Positions 13,585 through 28,500 of a DNA stretch of 64,000 bases are shown one piece after another. Source of the stretch: Phallusia mammillata (taxonomy: Eukaryota); contig OZ281494.1 of assembly GCA_965637545.1 (NCBI GenBank), forward strand, positions 16,740,001 through 16,804,000, in the 5' to 3' direction. How positions within the stretch are numbered: position 1 is the first letter of the stretch; every line of letters starts with the position of its first letter. Below the pieces are notes generated by a model. It was given only the letters and a program-made list of their open reading frames with translations. It was not told where the DNA came from and ran no database searches. The position numbers were made by a program, and so were the translations under genes.

Positions 13585-16500
13585 GTAGTTGTTTTATCGT
13601 CTTTTGTGTAGATATTGTCCCGCAAAGACCCCTGTCGTGGGCTGGATTACCACCGCAGGCTAGATTTTTCTAACCTACGCCTGATCATATGGGAATGTTT
13701 GGTGACCGGCTGATTCGGTTGAACGCCTTCAGTGGGCCGGGCGTATTATGATTTGTCTACATGCACTAACATCGGAAGTTTTCTCAACGGTATATCGTTT
13801 GTCGAGGCAAAACAAACAATAAAATGTTTGACAAAAATAGTAGAAATAGACAGTTTCTGTGTTTTGAATAATTAAAAATTTTTTTTATCAGGACTTTGGC
13901 GATTCTGGTTCCGAATCATCACCCGCTTCCGCGATGGAAGATCTATTGGTGGAATACAGAGGAGTGCAAGAAGAAATCTCAAACTTCCGAGGAGAAGTTC
14001 AAGCTGCATCAAGTCTTGGAAAGAGACTTTTAAATGAATACGATGACGGAATGAAGGAGCCTCTGGAAAGTCAAATACAAAACCAACTTAACGGACTCCA
14101 GGTTTGCCTTTGTCACGAAAACAAATCACAAGCGTAAATTGTCAGTTTATGTACATTTGTTCTACATATGTTACCTGTATCGTAAACCAATCAACCTAGT
14201 CCACATACATGTTAATCCGCAACAAGGTTTGTGATTTTTGAATATTTTTTTACAGGTTACCTATGACACTGTTCAAAACGCAGCAGCCCAATTGGTTCGT
14301 CGTCTCACGGAAGTTGTACACAAGCATCAAGATCTGAGCTTGAAACTGGATCAGATGGGAGCTTGGCTGGATGAACAGCAATCTTCTGTACGTGTGTCGT
14401 GCGCTTACCCACCGTCCAACCTTTACGAAGCGATACGTCGTGTTAAAGACGTTGCGTTACTGCTCGAAGATGTCAAAGGTACATTCCCGTGTTGAAACTT
14501 TGCGGAAATCAATTGTTGTTTCAAAACGTTGTGGTCTCCAACTGTATACCAAGCAATATTTCAGATTACCTGCTGGGAAATAAATGCTTGTTATTTCGGC
14601 GGCCTTAACTTATTCAAAATCGAATGAACTTATTATAATTGAATACAATTTACTGAAATGCTTTTAGGCCGAGAAATATTTATCGAGGACAGCATGTCAC
14701 GTGACGCCGAGCAGACAAGACCATTGGAGGAAAAGTTTGCTGAGTTTAAGAAGGAACTCGAGTCCATACTTGAACAAGCAGTGGAAACCGAAGCCGGTTG
14801 GCGAAACGCAGTGGACATACAAAATGACTTCAAGGTGAGGAAAACTTTTGTCAATATACAACAGATGATATATTGATTTGGATTGGTACTTACGTGTTAT
14901 GCTCCCAAAATACGCAAACTAAAAGACATTGTTTACAAAGGAATGGCTTTTGGACACTGAAAAAGCTTTACATCGGCTTGAGGATGCGCCGGCTGAAGCT
15001 ACGTCATCAGCTGCGAAAGAACACGCCATCAAGTGTAAAAAGATGTACGATGATGTGAGCGACAAGAAAGGAGTTCTCGCTTTGCTGGACGACAAATATC
15101 GTCAGTTGCTGGGCCAACGTAAGTTTACGAAAGCCTATCTATTTTAAGAACTTGTTCGCAAGTTTGTTTGTTTAGCGCCAGAGATAAACTAACTTTATAA
15201 GAGACGTTGTTTAAAACCAACTGATAAAGTCACAAATTACAAGTCGTCCAAGCAGCAATATGGTTGTTATATTACAGTTTTGTTTAAAAACATTCTATTT
15301 GTTTTTAATTTTTCGTTAATCTTTTGTGATAAACATGCAACTTATGTTGGTGCTATCGTTAATGAAAGATTTAAACTGTGAAGGTAACGGATTCGAAAAG
15401 TGTGGACCTACCGTTATACCACACAAACATTTATAATTTCAATTTCACCCCGCCTCCTTGAGTTTTCCCACCTATTGCGCTGACACAATTAAACGTCTTT
15501 TCCACGCCTATATTTGCTTTGTTAACATCCTTCAAAACTCGGTACGTGTGTGAACCTGAAAGGTGCTTAAGGGACGAACACCGTGTGTCTAGGTTACTTG
15601 AAATATGTTGATCCCAATGTATGAAGAAGCATTGTTGTATTCAATCAACACCGTATGATGTTTGGGATTAAAATGAGTTGTGTTATTATGTATGCAGTGG
15701 TTGTCCTGGGCATCAGACGTTGGTTTTTGTTGAGCCCGATATAGAAGTTGTGTTCGCATTTTTTGACAGAAGTAGAGTGCATGGAAAAAAAATATCTAGC
15801 TTTATGTCACAAATATAACAGACAAATTGTTAAGATGTTTTTTTTTTGAAACAGTTGACAATTTGTTCTATTAGTGCAAAGTTACTTTTAGCAAAGAAAT
15901 CTTATTGAGATTTTTTGTAACGAATGTAGATGATTGGTAGATAATATTTGTGCAGTTATAATGAATCAATCTGAGGAATGTTCGTTTATTGGTCTGGTGA
16001 GTATTTATTTTAATTCAGAAGTGAACGAGGACTCGGAATTTCACGATCTCGTTTCGCAATGGGAACGTCTTTACGCTTTGGCTAGCAACCTCAACACATC
16101 TCAAGAACGAAATCTGAACGCGACACAAGACTTTAACTTGTGAGTCGTTTGTGTAGTGGGTTACAACATCGACAAACATGCACAGATTTTAAATGTTCAA
16201 TGTGTCTTGATAATTCGCTACTATGCTATTTTTATTGTACGCAACAGAATTTGAATGACAATTCTATAAAGTCCAGATAATTATAAACCAAATCGTTATT
16301 GCTTTGAAAATCCAACTGCAAACAAAAAACAGCCCCTTACTCTTTGTCACCACAAATGGCATTTATCCTAATTCAACTATGATATGTAAACTATGCAATT
16401 TGTCGGCCAAGTCTAGTTATTTTTACCTTTGACACTACCGGTATCCCAATGTTTTACTATGTCCTTTCAAACTAGTAACCAATTTTGTAGTTACCTTAAC

Positions 16501-19500
16501 GAGGTAGAGTCTTTGACCCAACACTACCAGTCAGAAGCTGATCTCTTACTCCGCAACGTTGTGGATAGCACAGCAGAGCGATTGGAGCGGGCAAAGGTAA
16601 GTAATGTGATCTCTTAATGTGTGTTTCAAGTGTCCACTTGCCTCTGTATATTCGAGTGCATCTGTTCAAACTTGCCGCGTTCACATAATGTTGCGTTTCG
16701 TGTTTGCTATCATTTGGGGCACAGATGATGGATTGTAGAACAGGTTGTAGAAGAACGTAGTTCGTGTTGATTATGTAGTTAGTAAAATATACTACATTTA
16801 ATTGTCAAAAGAAAGTTAAGAAAATTAAATACCTTTATGTTTCAAATGTGAATTTATATGCAACATACGGGATTTAGTGCTATTAATTGTGTCATAACAA
16901 ACTTTGTAAACAAACATTGCAGTTTTAAACTTATAAATTTACTGATAGTTGTAGCGTTTTAGACTTTTGGTTGATCATAGGGTAGCACTGTGTGTTAAAC
17001 TTTTTATGACATAAACTGTAGAATGCCAGTTAGATTCTTAGTATTGTTGGACATGCAGACATTGGTGCTTGAGATGCAAGACAGCAAAAAGATGTTGGAT
17101 GCACTTAGTCAACGCTTGGATAATCTCACGCCACGCATGAGTGCTCACGATGCAGAAATGGTTGAAGACAAAGTCAGGTATGTGTTGAAGATCTACGTTT
17201 TTATTTTTTTAGATTATAAAGGAAATTTGGTTGAAGTGTTGTTAAGCGAGATGACAATACCATTGGATTTATAGGCATCTTAACCAGCGTTGGATCGAAG
17301 CTGAACAAAAGCTACAATCCCGTGCTCAGCTCTTGGAAAGCACGGCATGTGAGCATCGGGAATACCGCCGCCAGCTCGAGGCGACCCGATCCTGGCTTCG
17401 AGCTCTTCTTGACAAAGTAACCGACCCTGTACCTATGACCCTCAGCGTTGAAGACCTTAATGGGGCCCGGCAGAAACACAGTGTAAGTTATAAATAGTGT
17501 AAGTTTAACCTTCCATCACATTTCTTTCGCACCTTTAGCGTACAAAGGATTTAACCGAGGCAAATTTGGATGCTTAAATTTACAGATGTTGTGCAAAGAA
17601 TTGAACCAGAAAAAGGAGGAGTTTAGTGAATTAAGCAGTTGTCACCAAACCCTGCCACTCAGTCTAAGCGCACCAGAGCGTGACAGACTGCATGTTGACG
17701 TCACTGACCTACAGGCACTCTTTAGGAAAACCCAGTCCGCTGCTACAGAAAAGACAAACGCTTTAAATCATGCTATTGGAAGGAGGAAGGACTTGTGGGC
17801 TACGTCTCAACAGGTCAAACATCCATAAAAAAACCCAATTGCTTAATTGTGTTTTATCATTTGTCGCATTGTGAAAAAAAATCTTTTTACTTTTATAATT
17901 GTTCACACCTGTTTTGCTTTTAATCTGGAGTCTGGACTAATAAATAATTAAGTGTGACTTGATATTGTGCAGGCCTTGGCTTGGCTGGAACACATCAAAG
18001 AAAATCTCGAGAAGAGAAAACCTTATCCTCTGCATCCGGACGCGGTGGCAAAACTTATACAGGAACACAGGGTAACCGAATCAATGGTTTTCCTCATTTT
18101 ACAGACTTGATCTTTAGTGATGATTTTCCCCAGGAATAAACGAATTTAACTTTGCGCAGCGGCTGCTGCTTTATTGTGCGTGGTTTCATGTTCCAAATGT
18201 ATGTTGATCTGTGATTGCTATGCTGACTTACTAAAATCCATCAGTAACTGAACTGCAATTGTCCTAGCCTAAAGAAAATGGTTTTATTCAAAATAAACAC
18301 CAGTTAAATTGATGTTTAACACACACGATATTCATCACAGGCGCTTCACAAAGAGATTGTTCGACATAAGGTGACTGTGGACGAAGTTATCGCAACTGGA
18401 ATTCAAATCATCTACGAGGGAAAGCCGGAAAGCGTAAGCGTTCGAGGCAAGTTAACAGGTATTTGCGAAACTTGTATTCGTCATCAGCGGTGACGTAGAC
18501 GTGCTGTGACGTGGTGTTGGTCGTGGAATCTATAGAATTGGTGTCGTGGTGTCCAACGGTTTGTGGTCTGCACGTAGAGCTTTTCCAGTATGTGTCATTT
18601 TTGTGCTTTTTTAAAGTCTTGGTGTTTTTTTGCAGTTCGATGTATTGTTATGATTGCTTCGTTTTAATTCAATTCGTCAACTTAATTTTGTGTTCGCAAC
18701 TATGTAAATAAAAGAAAACAGGTAAAAAGAATAAACCCAAACTTCTATTAGAATCTTCTATTAAGAAACTGACGATGCCTGTTTATTTAACGGGAAATAT
18801 ATATTTCTGTTATTTAAAGAAAAAAATTATTCTTTTTACCTGTTTTTATGAAACAGTCTAAATATTCAACTGATCAGAAGCAAGAATCTTTCTTTAATAC
18901 ATTCTATTGTCTGTGGCAGATTCCTTAGGTAACAAAAGTGCTTCAGCTCATCTGTGTTATATATTACTATTCCCTAACAGATACAAAAAATTAACGTCGC
19001 AAAAATGTTTTTTTTATTGTGAAAATAACATTAATTTTGCTGCCTAGGTTTGGAAGATAGTTATGAAGAAGTGGACGCTCTTTGGCGCCAACGCCTGGAA
19101 GAGTTACAGCAGTTGTTGGCAAGTCGTGAACTTTTCCATGCTGATGTTGACAGATGCCTTCGTTGGCTTAAAGAAGCTGATATTGTCACATTTCCCGAAG
19201 TCAATCTTGCCGCGTCCCTACCTGATCTGGAAACCCACTTGGGCAGATATGAGGTACAGTGGCACCTTCCAATGATTCATCAACATCAGTGATTCTCAAT
19301 CTTATACGGACCGCGTACCACCTGACAACTTTCTCTATCGCTGCGTACCACCTATCTAAACCCTGTTTGAATGGATAGACCAAGAAATAGGCCCATTTTC
19401 TCACCATGACATAGTCTATCATATTCCGTAATTTCAAAAGACTGTACAATACACGAGTTTCGCCCAAACCAGGGCTGATCAATTGGGTCAGTTGAGTTGC

Positions 19501-22500
19501 AATTTTAGATCAGACTTAAATTAGGTATGACAGAAAGCTGCTCGCGTACCACCTGAAAAATCCTGGCGTACCACAGTTTGAGAACCACTGATCAACATTA
19601 TATCGAAGAAAAACTGATAATAATTTTGCAATGGGATTTGTTGGAGTAGTATAGATCTGCTAATGACTATGACTATTTTAAACAAATACGGATAAAACGC
19701 CGACTTAGGTCAAATATGTATGAAATCGATTGTTTTCTAAACTTCCTGCAATTTTTGTGGCGAGAGCTTGAAACACATGTTTGTTTTCAGGCGATAACAA
19801 GTGAATCGGTGAAATATCGCGACTTAGTGTCGAAGATCTGCGAAAAAGCCCAACAAATTCTACCTCAATTGTCAGACGTTGATCAATCATTGCTCACTGA
19901 AAAAATGAAGAACATTAAAGACCAGTTTGAACAGTAAGTCATGTTTCTCGTCCGCAGTTTGAGTATTAACTAACAATTTTGATCAGTTTTCCTTGTATTG
20001 AAATAAGATAAGAATAAGAAAGATAAGAATCAATAAGAAACATTTTTGTTATGCTTTCTGTTATTTTTGCTATTATATGTTGTTAACATGTAATATCATT
20101 GTTGTTATGTTGTGAAACTTTAAATTGCAGAATTTTAATAAACTTCTCTTACAGTCTGTTTCATATTGTATGTTATTGATATTGCATCCTTACAGTCCCC
20201 TGCATTTCAACAGATAGCGGTCAAAGCCACGTCGCTTATATTGTTTTTTTTTTCGCGCAAAATAACTGAATTAGACTTTGACATTGAAAGCATCCAACAT
20301 TATGTGTTGATTCCAGTGTGTGCAAATCTGCGGAGGACAAAGGCGACCAGATGCGAGATATGATGTCTTCCCGTCGCGAGTACATCCACTCATTGGAGGA
20401 GCTGGAAGATTATCTTGGAGTGGGCCAGACGATGCTTCGTGAACTTGACCATATGCCTACTGGACACACGGCTGGACAAGCCCGAATATTACTACATAAA
20501 GCCGAGGTTGGTTATTGTTTAATGTTTTTTTGAAGTTGTTAATTGACGTAACCACGGTGATTTGCCTATTTAACATATGCGGACATAAAATCCAGGACTG
20601 AATGTTCATAGTCATTAAAAAATAACTTATAAAACAGTATAGCACTGTTTATGTAACATACTGAAGATAACCAGCCGACAATCTCTTCTTTTAGAAAATA
20701 CAACACTCTTTGGCTGAACGCAAGCCGGGCTTGGAGAAAATCGAGAAAATGAGAGACTGCCTCAAAAGTTCTGGTCAACCATGGCAACCTGAGGAACTTC
20801 TGAAAGGTAGAGGCAAAATTTTGCTACAAAATACCAAATGTTCTCAGCAAAAATTTACAGGCAAAAGTTGTTACATTTTACATATTGTAGCTCAACATAC
20901 ATCGTTTGTGTATTCGTTTACGCAAAGTAATTGGTTAAGTTCAGGTTGCACGTTGTTTGCTCAATAAGGAATACATTTTCTTAATAGGGTCTAGTCTCTA
21001 GTATGACAAGTCTTAACAGTCTTTTTAACTTTTTTTTCAATAGTATTTTTACCTAAAAGAATGTTTTCTTTCTGTATCAACAGCTACTGCAATCTATCAC
21101 CGATTGGCGCAACAGAGCTCACAGCGCATTGACCGCTTCCGCGAGATGGCGCTATGCAGAGAGCGATTTGAACGTCGCATGATGGAGCTAGAGGAGCAAA
21201 TATCTGACTGCGACAGAGAGCTGAACACTGGGAGCCCGAGTAGAGTCGAACATAAATTATCAATGTCCCAGGTATCGTGACTTTAGTTTAGAACAGTGGT
21301 TCTCAAACATTTTTATTGTCGGGGCCAAATGGTAGTTTTTAAGTGTGTAAGGAGCCGCAAAAAAACTCGACTTCTTGTAAAACGACAATAAAATCAGTTA
21401 AACAAACTTACTTTTATGAAGCTTATATTTTAAAGGCTACTTACGTGTTCCCAAACTTGTCTCATTTAGATGCCTTGTTTACGTTTTAAGTAGAAAACGC
21501 TATACATTAGCCATCGAAAACCGAGCGTTGCGATTTTGTCCACATTTTGTTTTTGATAAAGCTTATTAAGATAGCAGCCGGTTTTGCTGAGTCGCATTTA
21601 GGTCTTTTTTAAAAACCTTAATTGCCTGCTTTGTAAAAACTTCCTAACCAAGCTAATTTAATACTTTCTGTGTTTTTTCCCACAGCAAATGGCAGCAATG
21701 TTGACAAGTTGTCAGATCGAGTTGAGATCAGTGAGTGGATTGGCTGAACAATTATGTGCGGACATGGACGAGCAGGACAAGATCCTCATCCGTGACAAGG
21801 TGGACGTCCTCCGGGAAGCTCTTCATCGCATGCAAGGAAACCTGGGAGAGAGGCAGCGAGACCTTGAGAAACGGTTGGTACAACAAAATTTATAGGTTGC
21901 TACTGATGGATGTTGAATTATTGACTGCGCATTTAAACTACTGATTCGCTAAAAAGGATATATGGAGCAAGCTTTAAAGCAACCTGACTTCAAAACATGC
22001 AATTAAAAATAACTACAATTAACTGTTCAGATCGCAAAATTTTGTTGAAGATCTAACGAATAATACACTTGTTTGAAAAGATATGTTTTTTTCTAGGTGC
22101 GAAGAAAAATTTGCAGAAGCGTGTCATATAACCATCCTATTGCTGTATGAAATGTGCTTTGAAAAATTAGTATAACTGTGAAAACTTTACTGGTTTGCAG
22201 GTTAGTGTCACGACGTGACTTTCAAGGCGACCTTGAGAAGGGAGTGCAGTGGTTGGAGGAAACGCAGAGCGCCCTCGAGTGTGAGACACCCCTAAAACTC
22301 GACCCACAAAGTGTTCAAGAGGAAATCAAGAAGTTGCAGGTTTAAACCGAATAAATTTGCTTTAGCGACCGCATGTTTTCACTTAAAGCAAGTTCATGTG
22401 TTGGTGACCGTGACAGGTTTTTAAACGCTTAATTTTAACGTTCATGATCGGTCATGTGAAAAGTTCCGCAAGCTTTTGTTTTTCTTTTTGACAAGTTATA

Positions 22501-25500
22501 AAGACTGAATTATTTTTGTTAAAAAAATCAAATTCGTTAAAAAAACTGCTTTAAGGCTGATGCAATTTCTAAACCAGTGTAAATACCGAAACACACAAAA
22601 CTACATTGCAAGTTGGATGTAAAACACAATTTCATTCGCAGATAACTAAAGAAGAAGTGGAATCCAAATTACGTGTTTTGGAAGCTCTTGGTGACAAAGA
22701 GGTAGAGCGCCACCTAGAGGAAGATGAAGAACTACCACATGCAGTAAAACACCAGCTTGAAGAACTTACAAAACTCAAGTATTCTCTCGCTACTGTCATT
22801 GAGGCGAAAGAGGTTCGTGATACTACACAATAATATTTTCAAATAAACCTTAAACAATGGTTTATAGCTAAACATCCTCCTGATAGGATACCATGGTAGC
22901 CCAAATTACTAATGTTGGATACCATGGTAACGCATATAACTCATAAATAGGGTATTGGCCATAAATCTTTGGTGACTTATTTTTAAACTGAGTACGACAG
23001 AAATATATTTTGCTTATTTTAAAGTTTTATTACCATAACCAGTATCAATATAATTTGACTGCTAATATGGGCATTTGTATTTGTAGTCATTTATAAAATT
23101 TACGTTTTCTATCACATTACACCTCAGCTTATTGAAAGAAAGGTGCAACCCGTTTTTCAACAATGTATTACCTTTTACACATGCAAATCTGAACTTGAAA
23201 TAATTCTGTTGATCTGTTTCACAGGGACACCTTGAGCAAGCGTTAGAATCACGTCAAAGGTACGCAGACTGCTTGGGTCGTGTGCAGAGTAAACTGGGAA
23301 GCGCCAGCGCCGAATTGCAGTTACTGGAAGCTGATAGCAATCCAGAACACGCTAGAGACTTACTTGAACAACATCAGGTGTGGCTAAAGTTTGTACAAAT
23401 ACCTAATTGCGTACGAATTTTTAACAATTCTTTGGATTTTTAATTTGGGTATAATTACGTTTGCTATGGTGTAGGTGTACAGTATTTTGACATCCAAAGC
23501 TCTAATTTGCTTTGTATTTTGATACTGTAGCTCAGTATGCGTCAAATGGATTTAAAGAAATAATTTCATTCCGTTTGTATGCTAAGTTACAAAACAAAAA
23601 TAGGATACAACTTAATTTAAAGATATAGATTACAATCTATAGTAGAAAATGTAATGCCACTTATCTAATTACTTTGTATTGTGAGACAAAAAAAGCGATA
23701 AAATAATTCGCAGTATGAATCTAATAAGATGATTATCAGATGACACTACGAAAATTGTACTGTGGATACCAAGATGTTTATCTGACATAACATAAGAGTT
23801 AATGACATAACACAACCATCTAATTTGTAACGATTAATACGGTTCTTCAGGCGGATTATATGATCCACCAGTACGAGGTAATTAAGCATGTCGTAAGGTT
23901 TTTCTTTAATGTAGGACCCAATGCATGATTCTGGGTCCCAATAAGCGTAGCTTTGTAGATGTGTAGAAGTACTTTCTTTAAAGATGACATGTAGAAATTT
24001 CATTACGAGCCCAAAGACTTTGTTAATAGAAATTGATAGAGAAGAATTGCGTAGCAACGTAAATGTAAGAATCTGACTTGTCAAATTAAACGATTTGGGA
24101 CACAAAAACTTTGTATATTTGAAAAAGTTTTTTTTCGGCATTAGGACACTCCTTCACAAAACGGTCATAAAGGCAAAATTTCTGTACATATTTTCTCCCA
24201 AAAACCACACTCAAGACCTCTGCGTTTTTTTATCATTATTTCCGCCTTTATGATCTTTTTTAAGGTCATAAAGGCATTCTATTGCCCAGCTCTTTTGTCC
24301 GTAATTTCGTAACGATTGTGAACAAATGAATTTGGCTCATGATACGCATGTCTTTTACCTCTGTTGCATTAAAGACTAGTGCATTTCACTACTGGACTAC
24401 TGCATTTTTTGCCAGCTATTCAAAAAAGGGAATAAAGCTGGAATCATTGAATAGAGTTATCAGTTTCTGCGTCATATTTTCTTTCTCTATGTTTCGAAAA
24501 TCTGTCGCAACATTTTCTTTTTGTTTTGTCGCAATCCACTTTTTTCGCAATTGCAAGTTTGTTATTTTAATTTCTCTTTGTTTTACTTGTTTAAACAAGT
24601 ACATTGTTGTCATGGTTGCCTAAGTTCTAGACTGTTCAAGCAGAAAATTTCCAACTGAGTTAGGCCAGTCTAACTTGTGTTTTCCGCACTCCTACAGGCA
24701 CTCTTTACTACCGAAGGTGAGATCTTGCATTATGTTGACGAATTGGAAGAAGTTGCAAAAGATCTCGATGAAATGTACGGACCCACAGGTCTCACCAAAA
24801 CTGCACGTGACACGCTTTCCACTGTGGTTGGCGGTGTACGCGAACGCGCTGAAAACCTACTTGATGCCGCTAAAGATATCCATCATAGCTTGCAGGTTTG
24901 TTATTAAAAGTAGCCCAGCGTCTGTCAATCTTCCAAATGTTAAAACTATTATTTGGGTTTACAAACCTACACAACTAAGGAATTATAGTTGCTCAAGAGT
25001 CATATTGAAATTATGTGTGTTAATACCAATCGATGGCCGACTTGACGAATTATACTTGCAAAGTCTTCCTGACAATAAAATTATTGTTTGGGTCTGCAAA
25101 CCTACACAACTAACGAATCGTGGTTACTAAAGTGTCCAATTTAAATTATGTTCGTTAATACCAATCGATACCCTTTTTGATGAGTTATAGTTGTAACATT
25201 TTGTCGTGCTCTTAGGCGGCCGCTATGAGCTGGGAGGGTTTTGACCTTGAGCTTGATCGCGTGACGTCAAAGATGACGCGCACAGAAGATAGGTTAAAAT
25301 TCGTTGATTGCTCGATGCCATCATCTCTTGAATCGGCCCAGGAAAACTTGAGAAGTTTTGAGGTAGAAAGTCTTCAAAGAGTTCTTGTTATATTTACTTT
25401 GGAAAAAATGCATTTTTAAACCATTTTCTGCAACATAATTTTGACGATTCCTAAGTTGGTTGTTTTCACATTTTCTATCATTCAATGACTTTCCACTAAT

Positions 25501-28500
25501 CAACATTATGTGGCACAGACCAATACAGGAAATACTTTTTAGTAAAGACAAAGCAGGAAACACTAAACTGACATACAGTGCGTTGTGTGCAGCCCTGTAA
25601 TTGTTTGCAGTATCAAACGCATTTTGGTAACTGCATTTTTACAACAGTTAATTGCTGGTGAAGTCTGGAACCTTGAAAGCAGTGTACAAGCGCTGCAAGA
25701 AGTTTCGCAAGCACTGGCGGCAGCCGACAGTGTAAGTGGAAGGATGGCTGTTGGAAGATCACTCACTGGTGTTAAGCAAAGACTAACAAGATTACAGGGA
25801 AGGTCCAAGGTATGTAAAAAGGTTTAAATATTTTACATCTAATAGAATTATTTTAAATATGTTAACAAGAACATTATGTTAACCTCATATTAAAAATAAA
25901 CATATTGTCCTTCCAACAAGATGCCTATTTTAACAGTAATGTATTTTTTTTATGATACTGTAGTTTATTTTTGTGAACGTAACATAAATTAAACTTTTAT
26001 TGAGCCGACTTACAATATTCCAAATGAAACCGGTGTACTCCAAATCTCATAACGTCAAGTTTGCATCACCTAACTATGGTGTTAATCTTAAAATAGATTA
26101 AAAAATACAATGAGAAAGCTTTTATTTGGTTTTTGTTTCGTTTCTAAAGTCTTTTATTGTCTCGGCTTGACTTTATGCTAATAGCTTTTTGTTTGGAAGT
26201 AATAGTTGGAGTTCATTTATATAACAAAAGTTTGTGAGCTCTTATTGTAAACCAGGACATGCAAAGAATACTGGAAAAGTGTATACAAGAATGGAAAACA
26301 TTCAATGAGGTGACGTCATCCACCGACAATACGTTAAACCGCGTTGAGGATAAACTCCCCTATCAAGCTTTGGAAAAATGCACGTTACAGGAATTATCCC
26401 AACAAAGGTATATGTTTTGCTAAATTATACAACTTTTGGTGGTACATTTTTAAACCTTGCCAATCACACCGAAAATTGTAGTTTTAAAACTATACTTTGT
26501 CGTGTCCCACGAAAGGAACGTATTTTTTGAAAAAAAGTAAGTGGTAACGAATATTGACAAAACGTCCTACTGAGTTGAAGCGAAATTACATATTTGAATG
26601 TTATGTATTAACAGATCCACCCTTCATTCCCTGCAAAACGACGTGTCATCGGTATCACGAAGGTTAAGCACAGTTCATGATGCAGCTCTCACCTTGTCTG
26701 GACGGCTCGAATCACCCAATAAACAGGCTGTACGCAACAAAGCAGATAACATAGAGGGACGGTGCCAAAAGTAAGTTAAGATATTTTTCTGTAAAGATAA
26801 ACAGTAAAAACTTTGTAATGTAACTGTATTTTTGTGGTGCTCAATTGTTTATTTTAAATATGTGAACAGATGTGGACGAAAAGTATGTATGACTAGGTTA
26901 TGTTTTTATATTTTTTCCTTATTTTTAAGGTTATCTGAAGCGACCATTGACAAACTGGCGGCAGTGAAAGCCGAAATGCAATCGAGAGAAACTTTGAATG
27001 CTGAGCTACGTGACATGCTGGAATGGGTAGAAGATATGAGGGAGAATGCAGATCGCACACTAGACATTGCCCCAGCACCTGGACATGTACAAGATAAACT
27101 GGACACCATGAGACAGGTAGTGTTTGCGTGAGACTTCAGCAGAAAAACGTCGTATGCTCCTTATTAAAATGAGTTTAAAAAAAGTTGATGTCACACAACG
27201 TTACACTTTTATTGACTTTTAATAATTTGTTTCTTAGTTGAAAGAGCAGCTTTCGAATAAAGAAGCCCACTTCAACAAGATATCGGAGGAACAAAGGCAA
27301 AAGTATTTGCAAAATTACGCGATCTTACCTGTCGAACTTTCATCCACTATTGCCAAGATCAGGATAGCTCTCGCCGCTTTGCATCAAGAACTGAAAGATA
27401 AAGAAAACGTAAGTCTGTCTGTTAAAATGTATGACAGAAAAGCAAGGCTTTGCATTCAAAACAGAAAGTGTACATTTTAATGTGCGACCGCAAGGTACAT
27501 CTGTTTTTTTAGTTTGTGTTTTTTCTGTTGGTCTGCAAACTGTTTTAAAGTGACCGGTTTATTTGGTTTTGCCAATTGCATTGCCATTTCTTTCTCCAGG
27601 AGCTGGAATCAGCCCGGGATCTTCGTGAGGATTATCACGTTGAGCTGATGCAGATATCAGCTCTTCTCACACAAACTGAGATGCAACTTACCGACGATCC
27701 TGCTGATCTTGTGGCTAGCACGAAAACGCACAAAGTAAGAAATCGAACAAAAAATTCTACCATGTATGTAAAGATATACGTGTTAGTTTTCAAAATGTAA
27801 TTTTTGCGAAAATAACACCAGCAGGAAGTCATGTTAGTTAAGTGATAAAATGCAGATTTGTAGTTTTAATGACTGAATAATTGTTAACGGCGATGCCAAA
27901 TACTCTATGACACTTTTTCGTTGCAACCTGGCACAAACATTTTAAACACAAGGTTTCGTTTTGCAGAAACTAGCTGAGAGTCTTGATCAATGTCACGTAC
28001 GTCTTGTGAACTTGGACGCTGTGGCGCAGGAGATCGCAGATCAAACATCACACGCTGGCAGCAAGGCATCACTAAACGCGGCAGTGAACGCTGTGAATGA
28101 ACATTACACCCGCGTACAGGAGTTGATGGACTCGAAAATACATGAAGCCAACCAGGTAGGAACCAAACATGTTTTTCGATTTAGTGCCACGTACATTTCA
28201 TGTCAGCACTTCACTGTGCTATATTATGTCTCACATGCAAGAAATTACATTAAGCTAAAGGTTCGAGGTATAATTTTGACTTTGAGTTTTACCAGAAACC
28301 GTATTTTTGTTTTGCTGAAGGCATCCGTTTATCTGGAAGAACTTAACGAAATGGGTGAATTTCTTGAAGAATGGAAAAGTAAGGCGCTTTCGACTATAGC
28401 CGGACCTCTAACTGTTTGCGATGCGAAAGACGCAAGAAGACAAATGCGTGATCACAAGGTTCGCAGCTCTCTAAATGAAAAGAAATATTTAGTTTGTACT

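Noticed and set aside
15961-16018. ATG...GGTCTG|GTGAGT apparent first exon
   Set aside because: The donor at 15997 is only about 22 nt from the next acceptor, too short for an intron.
18460-18490. Minus-strand CTGATGA with a following hairpin (second hammerhead?)
   Set aside because: It has CAAA instead of GAAA, a pyrimidine at position 10.1, and no stem I/III.
23746-24345. 131-aa minus-strand ORF and a CACTAC start suggesting a CACTA/CMC transposon
   Set aside because: No matching right TIR or TSD and no recognisable domain; probably a decayed insertion that I cannot define.
24675-25130. 151-aa ORF
   Set aside because: Off-frame overlap with an exon plus the 135-bp intronic duplication.
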